Shown here one piece after another: positions 10,347 to 17,530 of a stretch of DNA of 64,000 nt (the stretch's first letter is position 1; every line of letters begins with the position of its first letter). Where the stretch lies: positions 2,976-66,975 of the IMG/VR virus record IMGVR_UViG_2561511197_000003; one strand, 5' to 3'. The notes under the pieces are model-generated. The model was given only the letters and a program-made list of their open reading frames with translations. It had not been told where the DNA came from and did not search any database. The stretch comes from a virus. Taxonomy: Duplodnaviria > Caudoviricetes. The position numbers and the translations under genes were made by a program.

Positions 10347-10744
10347 TCAACCTAATCACAACGATTCCTGCCAGCAACTTCAAAACGTGGGAACTGGCCG
10401 AGCGTGTGCTTCGTCGATGCGATGGCACAACCGACTGGGATGAAGTCGACCGGGAAGGCACCAACCAGGGCAAAGAATGGCTGTGGTTTATCCGCTGTCA
10501 TCGCTTGCCCAAAAAGCCGTTGACTGACTCGGTCTGCTTCATGATCTACAGTGGAAGAGTTCGCGGCTATTTCCACATCGTTTCTTCCGGTAGAGCCCAG
10601 GAGTGGGTAGACAAGGGCTATTTGCTGGAAGACAAACCATCTGGGTACGTTGTGGTGATGGCCAACTGGGTAGCGATTCCTGAATCTGAGCAAACTGAAT
10701 ACTCCGGCTTTCAGGGCTGGCGGTATACTGAAAAACAACCTTAA
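10343..10744 (+). CDS. Hypothetical protein (possibly PUA/EVE-like)
   Basis: ATGA-coupled ORF ending in GFQGWRY. Confidence 0.6.
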   Translation: MINLITTIPASNFKTWELAERVLRRCDGTTDWDEVDREGTNQGKEWLWFIRCHRLPKKPLTDSVCFMIYSGRVRGYFHIVSSGRAQEWVDKGYLLEDKPSGYVVVMANWVAIPESEQTEYSGFQGWRYTEKQP

Positions 10745-10787
10745 CCAACAGTATTCATTCGGCTTTAGCCGACTTAAACCCAATCCA

Positions 10788-11024
10788 ATGCAAACAATAC
10801 ATCAAGCCCGTCCTATGACTGGCGTAAAACCGTTTTTGATTGCTGTACTGGCCGCGACGGCGATCACAATCACTCTTCATGTTCCGACTGGTACAACAGT
10901 CGCTGACATTACAGTTTCAGTCGCTGAACCATCGTCTACGACGATCACAATGCCACAGGCTACTACGGTCGCAACCCCACCAATCAATACCACAACTTCT
11001 ACTCCCAGAACCTTGTCAAACTGA
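10788..11024 (+). CDS. Small Thr-rich exported/membrane protein
   Basis: Hydrophobic N-terminus and T/P-rich tail. Confidence 0.4.
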   Translation: MQTIHQARPMTGVKPFLIAVLAATAITITLHVPTGTTVADITVSVAEPSSTTITMPQATTVATPPINTTTSTPRTLSN

Positions 11025-11052
11025 ACGCTACGCTTTAAGTCAACTTAAGACT

Positions 11053-11430
11053 ATGTCAGAACAAGACCTTATCAATAAGATCAACCAAGCCAACGAAAAT
11101 ATCGAACGCTTGAACTCGCAACACAAGGCCAATATGGCTCCTTTCAAAAACGAGGTTGCGGAATTAACTCGGGAGTATAGCCAGGCATACTCACCTCTGA
11201 AAGTAGGCACTGTGATTGAACATAAACCCTACGGAGCCAAACACACAGGTATAGTTAAAATATTGAGTGCGACCTGCCTGGTTATACCAGATAGATGGTC
11301 TTATGAGGCTCAGATATTGTCTGTAGGTGATAACGCTGGTGAATCCGATAAAAAGCTTATTGGACGAAATACGATTGTGCTCCTGAATCGGAGTGAGACG
11401 CCCAAAATAATAACTGAAATCTCCGCTTAA
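11053..11430 (+). CDS. Hypothetical protein
   Basis: ATG at 11053 (MSEQDL); coiled-coil N-terminus. Confidence 0.65.
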   Translation: MSEQDLINKINQANENIERLNSQHKANMAPFKNEVAELTREYSQAYSPLKVGTVIEHKPYGAKHTGIVKILSATCLVIPDRWSYEAQILSVGDNAGESDKKLIGRNTIVLLNRSETPKIITEISA

Positions 11431-11465
11431 TACGTGGGGTTTTCGCTTCCCCAATTCAATAGGTA

Positions 11466-11867
11466 GTGAAGTTTTACCATCAAACGCGGCTGCACCAGCC
11501 CGATCTGGGCATCAACGGCAATTGCTTTCCGACGGCGCTGGCCTGTCTGCTCGACCTCGATAGTCCCGAGGCCGCCCCGCAGTTTCAGGAGTTGTTTGAC
11601 GACCCAGATCAGAACTGGTTTGCTATGATGCAAGACTGGTTATATGAGTTAGGCTGGGAGTTTATCACCGTGTACAAGCACCGCTCAAACGGCCAGCCGT
11701 ACCTGGTATCTGGCGACACCGAGCGCGGCACGTACCACGTCTGTATTTATCAGGATGGTAAGCTGCTGCATGATCCCCACCCCAGCGGCGCCGGGCTGAT
11801 CAACGTGAAAGAAATTCAGATGTTAATACCTGTAAGCAATGAAACGAACGACCCTGTTCAAGTTTGA
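11466..11867 (+). CDS. Hypothetical phage protein, possible papain-like (C...H...D) fold
   Basis: GNCFPTALACLL...YHVCIY...HDPHPSG. Confidence 0.6.
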   Translation: MKFYHQTRLHQPDLGINGNCFPTALACLLDLDSPEAAPQFQELFDDPDQNWFAMMQDWLYELGWEFITVYKHRSNGQPYLVSGDTERGTYHVCIYQDGKLLHDPHPSGAGLINVKEIQMLIPVSNETNDPVQV

Positions 11868-12300
11868 AGACGAGTTCATCACGATCGTTCACGAACCATT
11901 TTTTGACGGGTTGGCAGCACCGTTTTCGGGTATTGCCCACGTACCTGCGCTGGTGGCCTGGGTCGATCGGCACACGTTTGAGTTATTCACTAATCAACGT
12001 GTGCCTATTCAGCGGCAAAAGCGCGTCTATGGTGCGCTGCTTAAATCGCGCTGGTACACTGATACAACAAGCGTATTACTTGTTAAGACGGCCAGAGGCG
12101 ATTTGTCGCTGAATCCGCGCGAAGTCTACGGCTCAGTAACTCCTGATCGAGTTGTGCGGGCTTATTGGAAACAATCGATGGCCCATTATAGGGAGGGAGC
12201 CACGCTGTCTGATGGCTCACGAATAAGTGGGCAACAGTTTTACCAAATGGCCACCACAAGCGGATTACCCCTTGAAATAAACCATGTCTATGAAATTTGA
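11839..12300 (+). CDS. Hypothetical protein
   Basis: ORF in the + strand run. Confidence 0.6.
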   Translation: MKRTTLFKFEDEFITIVHEPFFDGLAAPFSGIAHVPALVAWVDRHTFELFTNQRVPIQRQKRVYGALLKSRWYTDTTSVLLVKTARGDLSLNPREVYGSVTPDRVVRAYWKQSMAHYREGATLSDGSRISGQQFYQMATTSGLPLEINHVYEI

Positions 12301-12940
12301 CCCTTCAACCAACCGCATTTACCGCGACCAAGACGATTTTCAGGTGCAGAACCGCGCGCTTCTGGAAGCCGAGGTAGGTGAAGCCGCCTGGGACGACTCA
12401 CACTATTGGCCTCACGTCGCCCAGCGCTATGATGCCTTGGTCGACGTGACCATGAGTTACGACGGCGGCTTTGATACGCTCCGCCATATACGTCGTGTGC
12501 AACAGCTACTCAACCTGGCAGCGATCGAGCTTTTGAGGCGCGCGAACGTGCACGACGACAGTAAGTTTGATGTCAAAGAGAAGTTCTACTTTGACCGAGA
12601 AACGCCGCTGCTGGCCGGGCTGACGTACGGCTCGGACGAATACAAGGCTTCGTTGGAACGGTTGGGCCCAGCGCTACAGCATCACTACGCCAACAATAGT
12701 CATCACCCGGAGCACTTCGGGAATGGCGTCGACGGTATGACGCTGTATGACGTGCTGGAAATGCTGCTCGGCTGGAAAGCGGCCGGCGAGCGCCACCGCG
12801 ACGGCGATATCTTCAAATCGATCGAGATCAACAAACAGCGGTTCGGCTTATCCGAGCAGCTATGCCAGATCCTGATCAACACCGCCAAAACGATCGGGCA
12901 GGAAACGTCGCCGGTAGCCTGGCTTAAACCGCACCGGTAA
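12284..12940 (+). CDS. DUF5662-like (HD-related) phage protein
   Basis: Motifs HDDSK, LQHHYANNSHHPEHF and DVLEMLLGWKAA. Confidence 0.75.
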   Translation: MSMKFDPSTNRIYRDQDDFQVQNRALLEAEVGEAAWDDSHYWPHVAQRYDALVDVTMSYDGGFDTLRHIRRVQQLLNLAAIELLRRANVHDDSKFDVKEKFYFDRETPLLAGLTYGSDEYKASLERLGPALQHHYANNSHHPEHFGNGVDGMTLYDVLEMLLGWKAAGERHRDGDIFKSIEINKQRFGLSEQLCQILINTAKTIGQETSPVAWLKPHR

Positions 12941-12942
12941 AC

Positions 12943-12974
12943 AAAACAGCCTGTCTCCAGAGGAAACAGGCTGT
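12943..12974 (-). terminator. Terminator at the convergence of the middle genes and the tRNA cluster
   Basis: ACAGCCTGT...ACAGGCTGT hairpin with TTTTGT on the - strand. Confidence 0.7.
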
Positions 12975-13072
12975 ACATACCCACCGTAACTTATACTTAA
13001 TCGTAATCTGTCTGGTAGCAGCCAGACCAGCCCCTAAACCGACCTAACTTCTGACGCTGGCCACCACCAGAC

Positions 13073-13149
13073 TGGGACAAAAGAGCGGATTCGAACCGCT
13101 GACCTCCGGAAATGGCAATCCGGTATTCTACCACTGAACTACAATCGTC
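13073..13149 (-). tRNA. Atypical tRNA-Gly(GCC)-like gene with 8-nt anticodon loop and encoded CCA
   Basis: D arm GTTC-AGTGGTA-GAAT; anticodon arm CCGGA-TTGCCATT-TCCGG; T arm AGCGG-TTCGAAT-CCGCT. Acceptor stem has two U-U mismatches. Confidence 0.65.
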
Positions 13150-13223
13150 ATCCACCTCCCGTTTCGCGGAGTCGTCTCGCGCTTCGTTCGCCCATCGACT
13201 GGGCTTCTCGTTCTAAAAATGTG

Positions 13224-13310
13224 CGGGCGATGAAGGGCTCGAACCTCCGACCTCACGTTTGGGGTGGCTGACTTCCCAAACATGCGCTCTACCATCTGAG
13301 CTAAACTCCC
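13224..13310 (-). tRNA. tRNA-like gene (GGG anticodon) with a 14-nt insertion at position 37/38
   Basis: D arm GCTC-AGATGGTA-GAGC and T arm GGAGG-TTCGAGC-CCTTC are canonical. The anticodon arm is 31 nt instead of 17. Confidence 0.65.
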
Positions 13311-13585
13311 AGTTTGCCAGCCCACCAGCAGAGCTATCCCTACCGGGTCTGGCTCCAGAAGCTACAGGCTCTGCGAACAGATCTGCACTACTGCCGGGCG
13401 TCTGGCTCGCCCCCCTTTCGGGCACGGGTTATCGTTTTCGCATAAACAGTAGGGGCCAGAGTCCAGCCCCGTGTTCGAGTATGCTTTATACAAAAATGAA
13501 AAGGCTAGGTTTGGCTGTCGAACAAGTGTGTCTTTGCCTTTTCCTCGTGCTTCAGTTTCCGCTCCGGATCGACAACCAAACTTTG

Positions 13586-13658
13586 TAGCGGGAGCGTGAC
13601 TCGAACACGCGACCTCTGGGTTATGAGCCCAGCGAGCTACCGACTGCTCCATCCCGCC
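13586..13658 (-). tRNA. tRNA-Met(CAT), initiator-like
   Basis: Complete cloverleaf GGCGGGA...TCCCGCT-A with anticodon arm CTGGG-CTCATAA-CCCAG (three G-C pairs) and A11-U24. It has G1-U72 rather than C1xA72. Confidence 0.92.
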
Positions 13659-13666
13659 ATACCGTC

Positions 13667-13708
13667 AAAAATGTGGCTAACGTATAAGGGTATGCGTTAG
13701 CCACATTT
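13667..13708. terminator. Long hairpin / possible terminator upstream of the tRNA cluster
   Basis: AAATGTGGCTAACGTATA...TATGCGTTAGCCACATTT. Confidence 0.55.
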
Positions 13709-13730
13709 CATTGTCAATTCTGGAAGTCAT

Positions 13731-14105
13731 TTACCCATGCAATAGCCCGCGGCCAAAGAGGGTAGTCATCAGGATTTGTCGGATACTGAAGAGCGCCGTC
13801 TGTACGATGGATCGGGCTAACTGCCGGTACCTGGCCACGAACAGCGCGAAGGCATGCACGTAGAGAATCAGGAAATCAAAGACACTGTAGCTTGAATCGG
13901 TCAGCTTAGGGGCTTCAGTAAACAGAGCCATGTCTTGCATGAGCCTATCTGACTGATCAGGCCAATCATCAAACGGTTCGACGGTAATTGGCGGCGAGGA
14001 AGCGGCCAGTAGTAGGATTGCCCCCGCGACGGCGGCCGATCCAATGATGAGAATAAGCATGATCGTAGAAAGGTAAGCGGTTGAATCGGTGGCAATTATA
14101 CCCAT
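13731..14105 (-). CDS. Hypothetical membrane protein
   Basis: Two hydrophobic segments. Confidence 0.55.
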   Translation of the reverse strand: MGIIATDSTAYLSTIMLILIIGSAAVAGAILLLAASSPPITVEPFDDWPDQSDRLMQDMALFTEAPKLTDSSYSVFDFLILYVHAFALFVARYRQLARSIVQTALFSIRQILMTTLFGRGLLHG

Positions 14106-14120
14106 AAAAGTATAATTCTA

Positions 14121-14468
14121 CTATTCCGGGTCGCTTTTTTTACGCCGCCGCCCCCCGGTATCCTCGCCATAACTGATCCACTCCGGGTTAACCAGGTACG
14201 TTCCCTTCTGCCCTTTATTTAGTAAGCCTTCCCGCTTGAGCATCCCCAGGTAGCGATAGATCGTAGACTCTTCCAGATCGTATAACTGCTTCAATGCTGT
14301 TCTCGCTGGACCGGTGTTGCTCCACTCCCCTGTGGCCCGGTTGAAGGTGGCAATGATGTAGCTGTAGAGGTGCGTCTGGCCCATGTGTTTGCACTTGCTA
14401 ACCCAGGTCGTCGTGCCTCCGTAGACCTTCATTTTTACCCAGTAACGTAGTTCGGTTTTCTCTTGCAT
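14121..14468 (-). CDS. Winged-HTH protein (RepL-like)
   Basis: STIYRYLGMLKREGLL...GTYLVNPEWISYG, followed by a basic tail. Confidence 0.6.
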   Translation of the reverse strand: MQEKTELRYWVKMKVYGGTTTWVSKCKHMGQTHLYSYIIATFNRATGEWSNTGPARTALKQLYDLEESTIYRYLGMLKREGLLNKGQKGTYLVNPEWISYGEDTGGRRRKKSDPE

Positions 14469-14497
14469 TACGTGGCAAGATAATGCGCGTTCTGGAA

Positions 14498-14555
14498 ACT
14501 ATATGAGAGTTTATCTCTCACTATTGGTGAGAGTTTGAAAACACTATATGAGAGT
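14498..14555. repeat. Three iteron-like direct repeats (ACTAT..TGAGAGT)
   Basis: ACTATATGAGAGT at 14498 and 14543; ACTATTGGTGAGAGT at 14520. Confidence 0.6.
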
Positions 14556-14763
14556 AGACTACTCACCAGTCAGGCAGTTACGCGTTTTTTAGCAATACAC
14601 AATTCGTCTATAGCGTCCCCCTGTCTGGATTGGGTAGTGTATACTGCGTCAACGACACACCCCGCCGCGCGCCGTTTCATTCGAATGGGTTTGTCAAAAA
14701 AGTGGATCTGTTTGACACGCTGGGACTACCGCCCACCGCCCCGCTATCGGCCCCCCGTTTTTT

Positions 14764-14792
14764 CCCTACCCCCCCCTTGACCCTCCCCCCCC
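14764..14792 (-). other. G-quadruplex-capable tract G8-A-G3-TCAA-G8-TA-G3
   Basis: C runs on the + strand, with further C runs at 14729-14756. Confidence 0.7.
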
Positions 14793-14875
14793 TACTTTGG
14801 CTATTGCACACCTGTTAGCCTGTTGAGTTGGGTACTGATTTGGGTAATTTGGTGAAGCAGTTACAAACCCATTGC

Positions 14876-15385
14876 TCAGGGAATGGCCAGCACCACAGGC
14901 AGGAACACATCAGGGCTGAGGTAGTATTCATCTGGATTTTGGGAACGAGCAATCAGGTTCATGCTTACCAGTCGGCTGATACTGGTGCTGACCTGCTGAC
15001 TCACGCCAACGTGCTGACGTAATACGGTCCTGGCTACGCATGAACGCCCTGTACTGTGGTCATAGTTGGCTCCTAATACCAGCAACAGCCGTATATCCGC
15101 ATGACGCAACGAAGTGAGTAAAGCAAGGGTGGAGTCATTGGGTGCATAGATCGTTGCTCTACGCTCATTTGTGGGGCTCACAAACGGGTTTTGCTTGTAT
15201 CTGAGTGGGTGACGGTTCGCTTGTGCCACTGTATTCACTGGATTGGGTTCTACAGCCACAGTATAATTGTGCTGATTCCCAACGAATATACAGGCTGTCT
15301 GTGCTTCATCGTGTAGGATAGGGCTGTAAACAGTGTGGTGGATAGCCCACCTTATTTTTTCACACCCTTGACAACGCCTGAACAC
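14876..15385 (-). CDS. Second winged-HTH protein (RepL-like C-terminus); start uncertain
   Basis: VGVSQQVSTSISRLVSMNLIAR...EYYLSPDVF. Confidence 0.5.
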   Translation of the reverse strand: MFRRCQGCEKIRWAIHHTVYSPILHDEAQTACIFVGNQHNYTVAVEPNPVNTVAQANRHPLRYKQNPFVSPTNERRATIYAPNDSTLALLTSLRHADIRLLLVLGANYDHSTGRSCVARTVLRQHVGVSQQVSTSISRLVSMNLIARSQNPDEYYLSPDVFLPVVLAIP

Positions 15386-15528
15386 CCTACTCGTTTTGCC
15401 AATCCTACCACCTGATAATGGCCCACAGTTATCATGATAATTTTACTATTTTATGTTATCAAATAATTATACTTTTTAAAGAATATTAGCCTTTGTAAGC
15501 CTTTTTTATTGCATCTTTCTAATAGCCT

Positions 15529-15561
15529 ATTGCTTTATGTCCCACATGGGACATACCTTTG
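15529..15561 (+). promoter_or_regulatory. Bacteroidota sigma-A-type promoter with overlapping palindromic operator
   Basis: -7 box TACCTTTG (15554-15561, consensus TAnnTTTG), upstream TTG and an AT-rich tract. Perfect inverted repeat ATGTCCCA-CA-TGGGACAT at 15537-15554. Confidence 0.75.
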
Positions 15562-15567
15562 ATGCAA

Positions 15568-15812
15568 GCAAACGGGGAAACGCCCTGAACGACCACAAAT
15601 TAACCTTCATTCATACAACAGCATCAGCCTAGCGTAACGGAGTGGGACCGGCACCATAAAAGCCGGAGACGTAATGCCCTGACGTGATTCAGGGGGCGGT
15701 CGGTTGAAATACCTGACCTACGGGAGACAAACCCAGCCTTAAACGAAGCTCGCCACTGAACGGCGCATGAAAGGCAACAGCGGACATATCAACCGTTGGC
15801 GATAGCAAACCA
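15568..15812 (+). ncRNA. Candidate structured non-coding RNA (unassigned)
   Basis: No ORF of 60 aa or more. Serial hairpins: CCGGC/GCCGG, CCCTGA/TCAGGG, GGTCGGT/ACCTGACC, GCCTT/AAGGC enclosing CGCC/GGCG, and CAGCGG/CCGTTG. Confidence 0.55.
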
Positions 15813-15814
15813 TG

Positions 15815-15899
15815 AGCGACTGTAATGCAGCTAGAAAAGTAGAATTCTACTTTCTCTAACGGTCTCAAGCCCGAACCAAATGCAGATGAGAAGTCAGCT
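15815..15899 (+). ncRNA. Twister ribozyme (type P1)
   Basis: P1 GACT/AGTC; TAATGCAGC; P3 hairpin; CGGTCTCAAGCCCG (P4/L4); TGCA-GA; pseudoknot TCTC/GAGA. Predicted cut at 15823/15824. Confidence 0.88.
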
Positions 15900-15927
15900 T
15901 AACACACTAACCAGAGTGAGCATCCAC

Positions 15928-16167
15928 ATGAAACAGACATTCGGACAGTGGCAGAATACGGTCGATATGGAAGTCCGTAGCCACTTAGGAACTCAGGCCT
16001 CATGCATAGGCATCTACACCTATGGCTACAATGACGTAGCAAAACGCAATGACCTTGCCCCTCACCCGATGGGGGAGCCTGACCAAGCCCACAAAAAGGG
16101 CATTCAGGCAAAGCAATACGCCGTTCATATCGCCACTGTACTGATAAACGCCTGTTGGTGCAACTAG
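15928..16167 (+). CDS. First early protein, hypothetical
   Basis: ATG at 15928 (MKQTFGQW), just after the ribozyme. Confidence 0.6.
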   Translation: MKQTFGQWQNTVDMEVRSHLGTQASCIGIYTYGYNDVAKRNDLAPHPMGEPDQAHKKGIQAKQYAVHIATVLINACWCN

Positions 16168-16169
16168 CT

Positions 16170-16316
16170 ATGACTGGAAGGCAAGCCATCGAAAAGATAC
16201 AGGCTCTGACTGGCTGTATCGTCTACAACCTTCTACCCGCTGACGAAGCGGGTTTTGTGTATCTGTACACGACCAATGATTACGAAACATTCAGACTAAT
16301 TGACCTAAAGCCATGA
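16170..16316 (+). CDS. 48-aa hypothetical protein (below the ORF-track cutoff)
   Basis: MTGRQAIEKIQALTGC...LIDLKP; ATGA overlap with the next gene. Confidence 0.6.
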   Translation: MTGRQAIEKIQALTGCIVYNLLPADEAGFVYLYTTNDYETFRLIDLKP

Positions 16317-16585
16317 TTTCAACCAACACAAACAACGTTTCTGTCACTGCTCAATGTAGCGTCTTTACCGTAGACGGTGATAGCTATTTCGGGACAGCCC
16401 ACTATCTGGTAGCCGGTCAGCACATCATCGTATTAGGCCACCACGTAGAAACCAACAGCGATTGGGAAGGCGATGAAGCCAACAAGGACGAACCGCTGTT
16501 CGAGGCACTACTGAAAGAAGTAACGACCCTGAAACGCCCGATTGTGGGTGTTCTGCCAGCCAGCCGAGTGGATTTCGGCCAATAA
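16313..16585 (+). CDS. Hypothetical early protein
   Basis: ATGA-coupled ORF. Confidence 0.65.
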   Translation: MISTNTNNVSVTAQCSVFTVDGDSYFGTAHYLVAGQHIIVLGHHVETNSDWEGDEANKDEPLFEALLKEVTTLKRPIVGVLPASRVDFGQ

Positions 16586-16609
16586 GCAAAGCCTTTCTAT
16601 CTATAGCCC

Positions 16610-16930
16610 ATGAGCACAAACACAACGTTCGACCACGCTTCACATTGGAAAGAGGTCGAAGCTAAAACCACTACCCTTACCCCTCACCAGCAAAGTTGGA
16701 TACAGAGCATAGTCGGCAAACTAAGCGCTGAACAGGTAAGCGCCGAAAACTACACCACAGAGCGGGCAGAATACGAGTTAAAGCCCTGCGTTGCAGGTGG
16801 TAAGCTGATAATGGTGTTACATGAACATGAAGACTTGATAAAAGCGTGCCTGATGCCGGAAGCCTACTTCGAGCAGCGTCGGCAAATGGAGGCTAACGCG
16901 CTACCTACCATCACTATAATATCTGCCTGA
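16610..16930 (+). CDS. Hypothetical early protein
   Basis: Its TGA stop lies inside the hammerhead core. Confidence 0.65.
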   Translation: MSTNTTFDHASHWKEVEAKTTTLTPHQQSWIQSIVGKLSAEQVSAENYTTERAEYELKPCVAGGKLIMVLHEHEDLIKACLMPEAYFEQRRQMEANALPTITIISA

Positions 16931-16976
16931 CGATGATACCCGGCACGTATCGAAACGCCCGATTGGGCGTCGCAGA
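16922..16976 (+). ncRNA. Hammerhead ribozyme (type I)
   Basis: Stem I TCTGC/GCAGA; core CTGACGA(T); stem II GATAC/GTATC; GAAA; stem III ACGCCC/GGGCGT. GTC triplet with predicted cut after 16971. Confidence 0.92.
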
Positions 16977-17009
16977 AGCCAAACGTTTAACTAAAACATA
17001 ACAATTATC

Positions 17010-17441
17010 ATGTTTTACCTCAACTCGAAAGTAAAGCCCCTGAGCGGCGACGACCAAGCCCTGTACGAGAATGCTGTTGCCAATGTGGACTCTATCGCGC
17101 GCCACACGTACACAAAACGCGAATCAAGTGCCATATCGGCGATTTACCACAAGTACGTGGACAGGGTAAAACCAGCGTTATATGCGTCCTACGTGAAGAA
17201 CCAGCGGTATCTGGATAATAAGCGGCCAACGGGCGCACAGGCAATGCACGCGCTGTTAACTGCCTATTTGTACTTCGTGAACCAAGGGAACTGCACCGAT
17301 GAAGACATGAGCACCCTCCTGTGGTCTGAGTGGGAGTCTGTTGAAGAAAGGCGGGAATTGTTACGGGCGATGTACGAGTACCAACCCACGATTCACCCAC
17401 TTGACCTTAGTCAAACACTCACCACCTGCGAACCCGTCTAG
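17010..17441 (+). CDS. Hypothetical early protein
   Basis: ORF with A-rich leader. Confidence 0.7.
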   Translation: MFYLNSKVKPLSGDDQALYENAVANVDSIARHTYTKRESSAISAIYHKYVDRVKPALYASYVKNQRYLDNKRPTGAQAMHALLTAYLYFVNQGNCTDEDMSTLLWSEWESVEERRELLRAMYEYQPTIHPLDLSQTLTTCEPV

Positions 17442-17474
17442 CCTTACCCAATCCTACCCATATCTGTGCCTTAC

Positions 17475-17506
17475 GGGCCTGCTAGTCATAGCAGGCCCTT
17501 CTTTTT
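17475..17506 (+). terminator. Intrinsic terminator
   Basis: GGGCCTGCTA-GTCA-TAGCAGGCCC followed by TTCTTTTT. Confidence 0.75.
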
Positions 17507-17530
17507 CAAGCATATCTATCAACTATCAGC

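Noticed and set aside
13128-13652. ORFs 13128-13325, 13213-13425, 13259-13588 and 13362-13652
   Set aside because: They overlap tRNA genes and structured RNA, and are not protein-like.
15880-15927. Upstream ATG start for the first early ORF
   Set aside because: It lies inside the twister ribozyme. The ATG at 15928 is more plausible.
16235-16290. Possible second hammerhead (CTGACGA...GAAAC)
   Set aside because: CTGACGA sits in the loop of an ACCCGCT/AGCGGGT hairpin inside a small ORF. Stems I and III cannot be formed.
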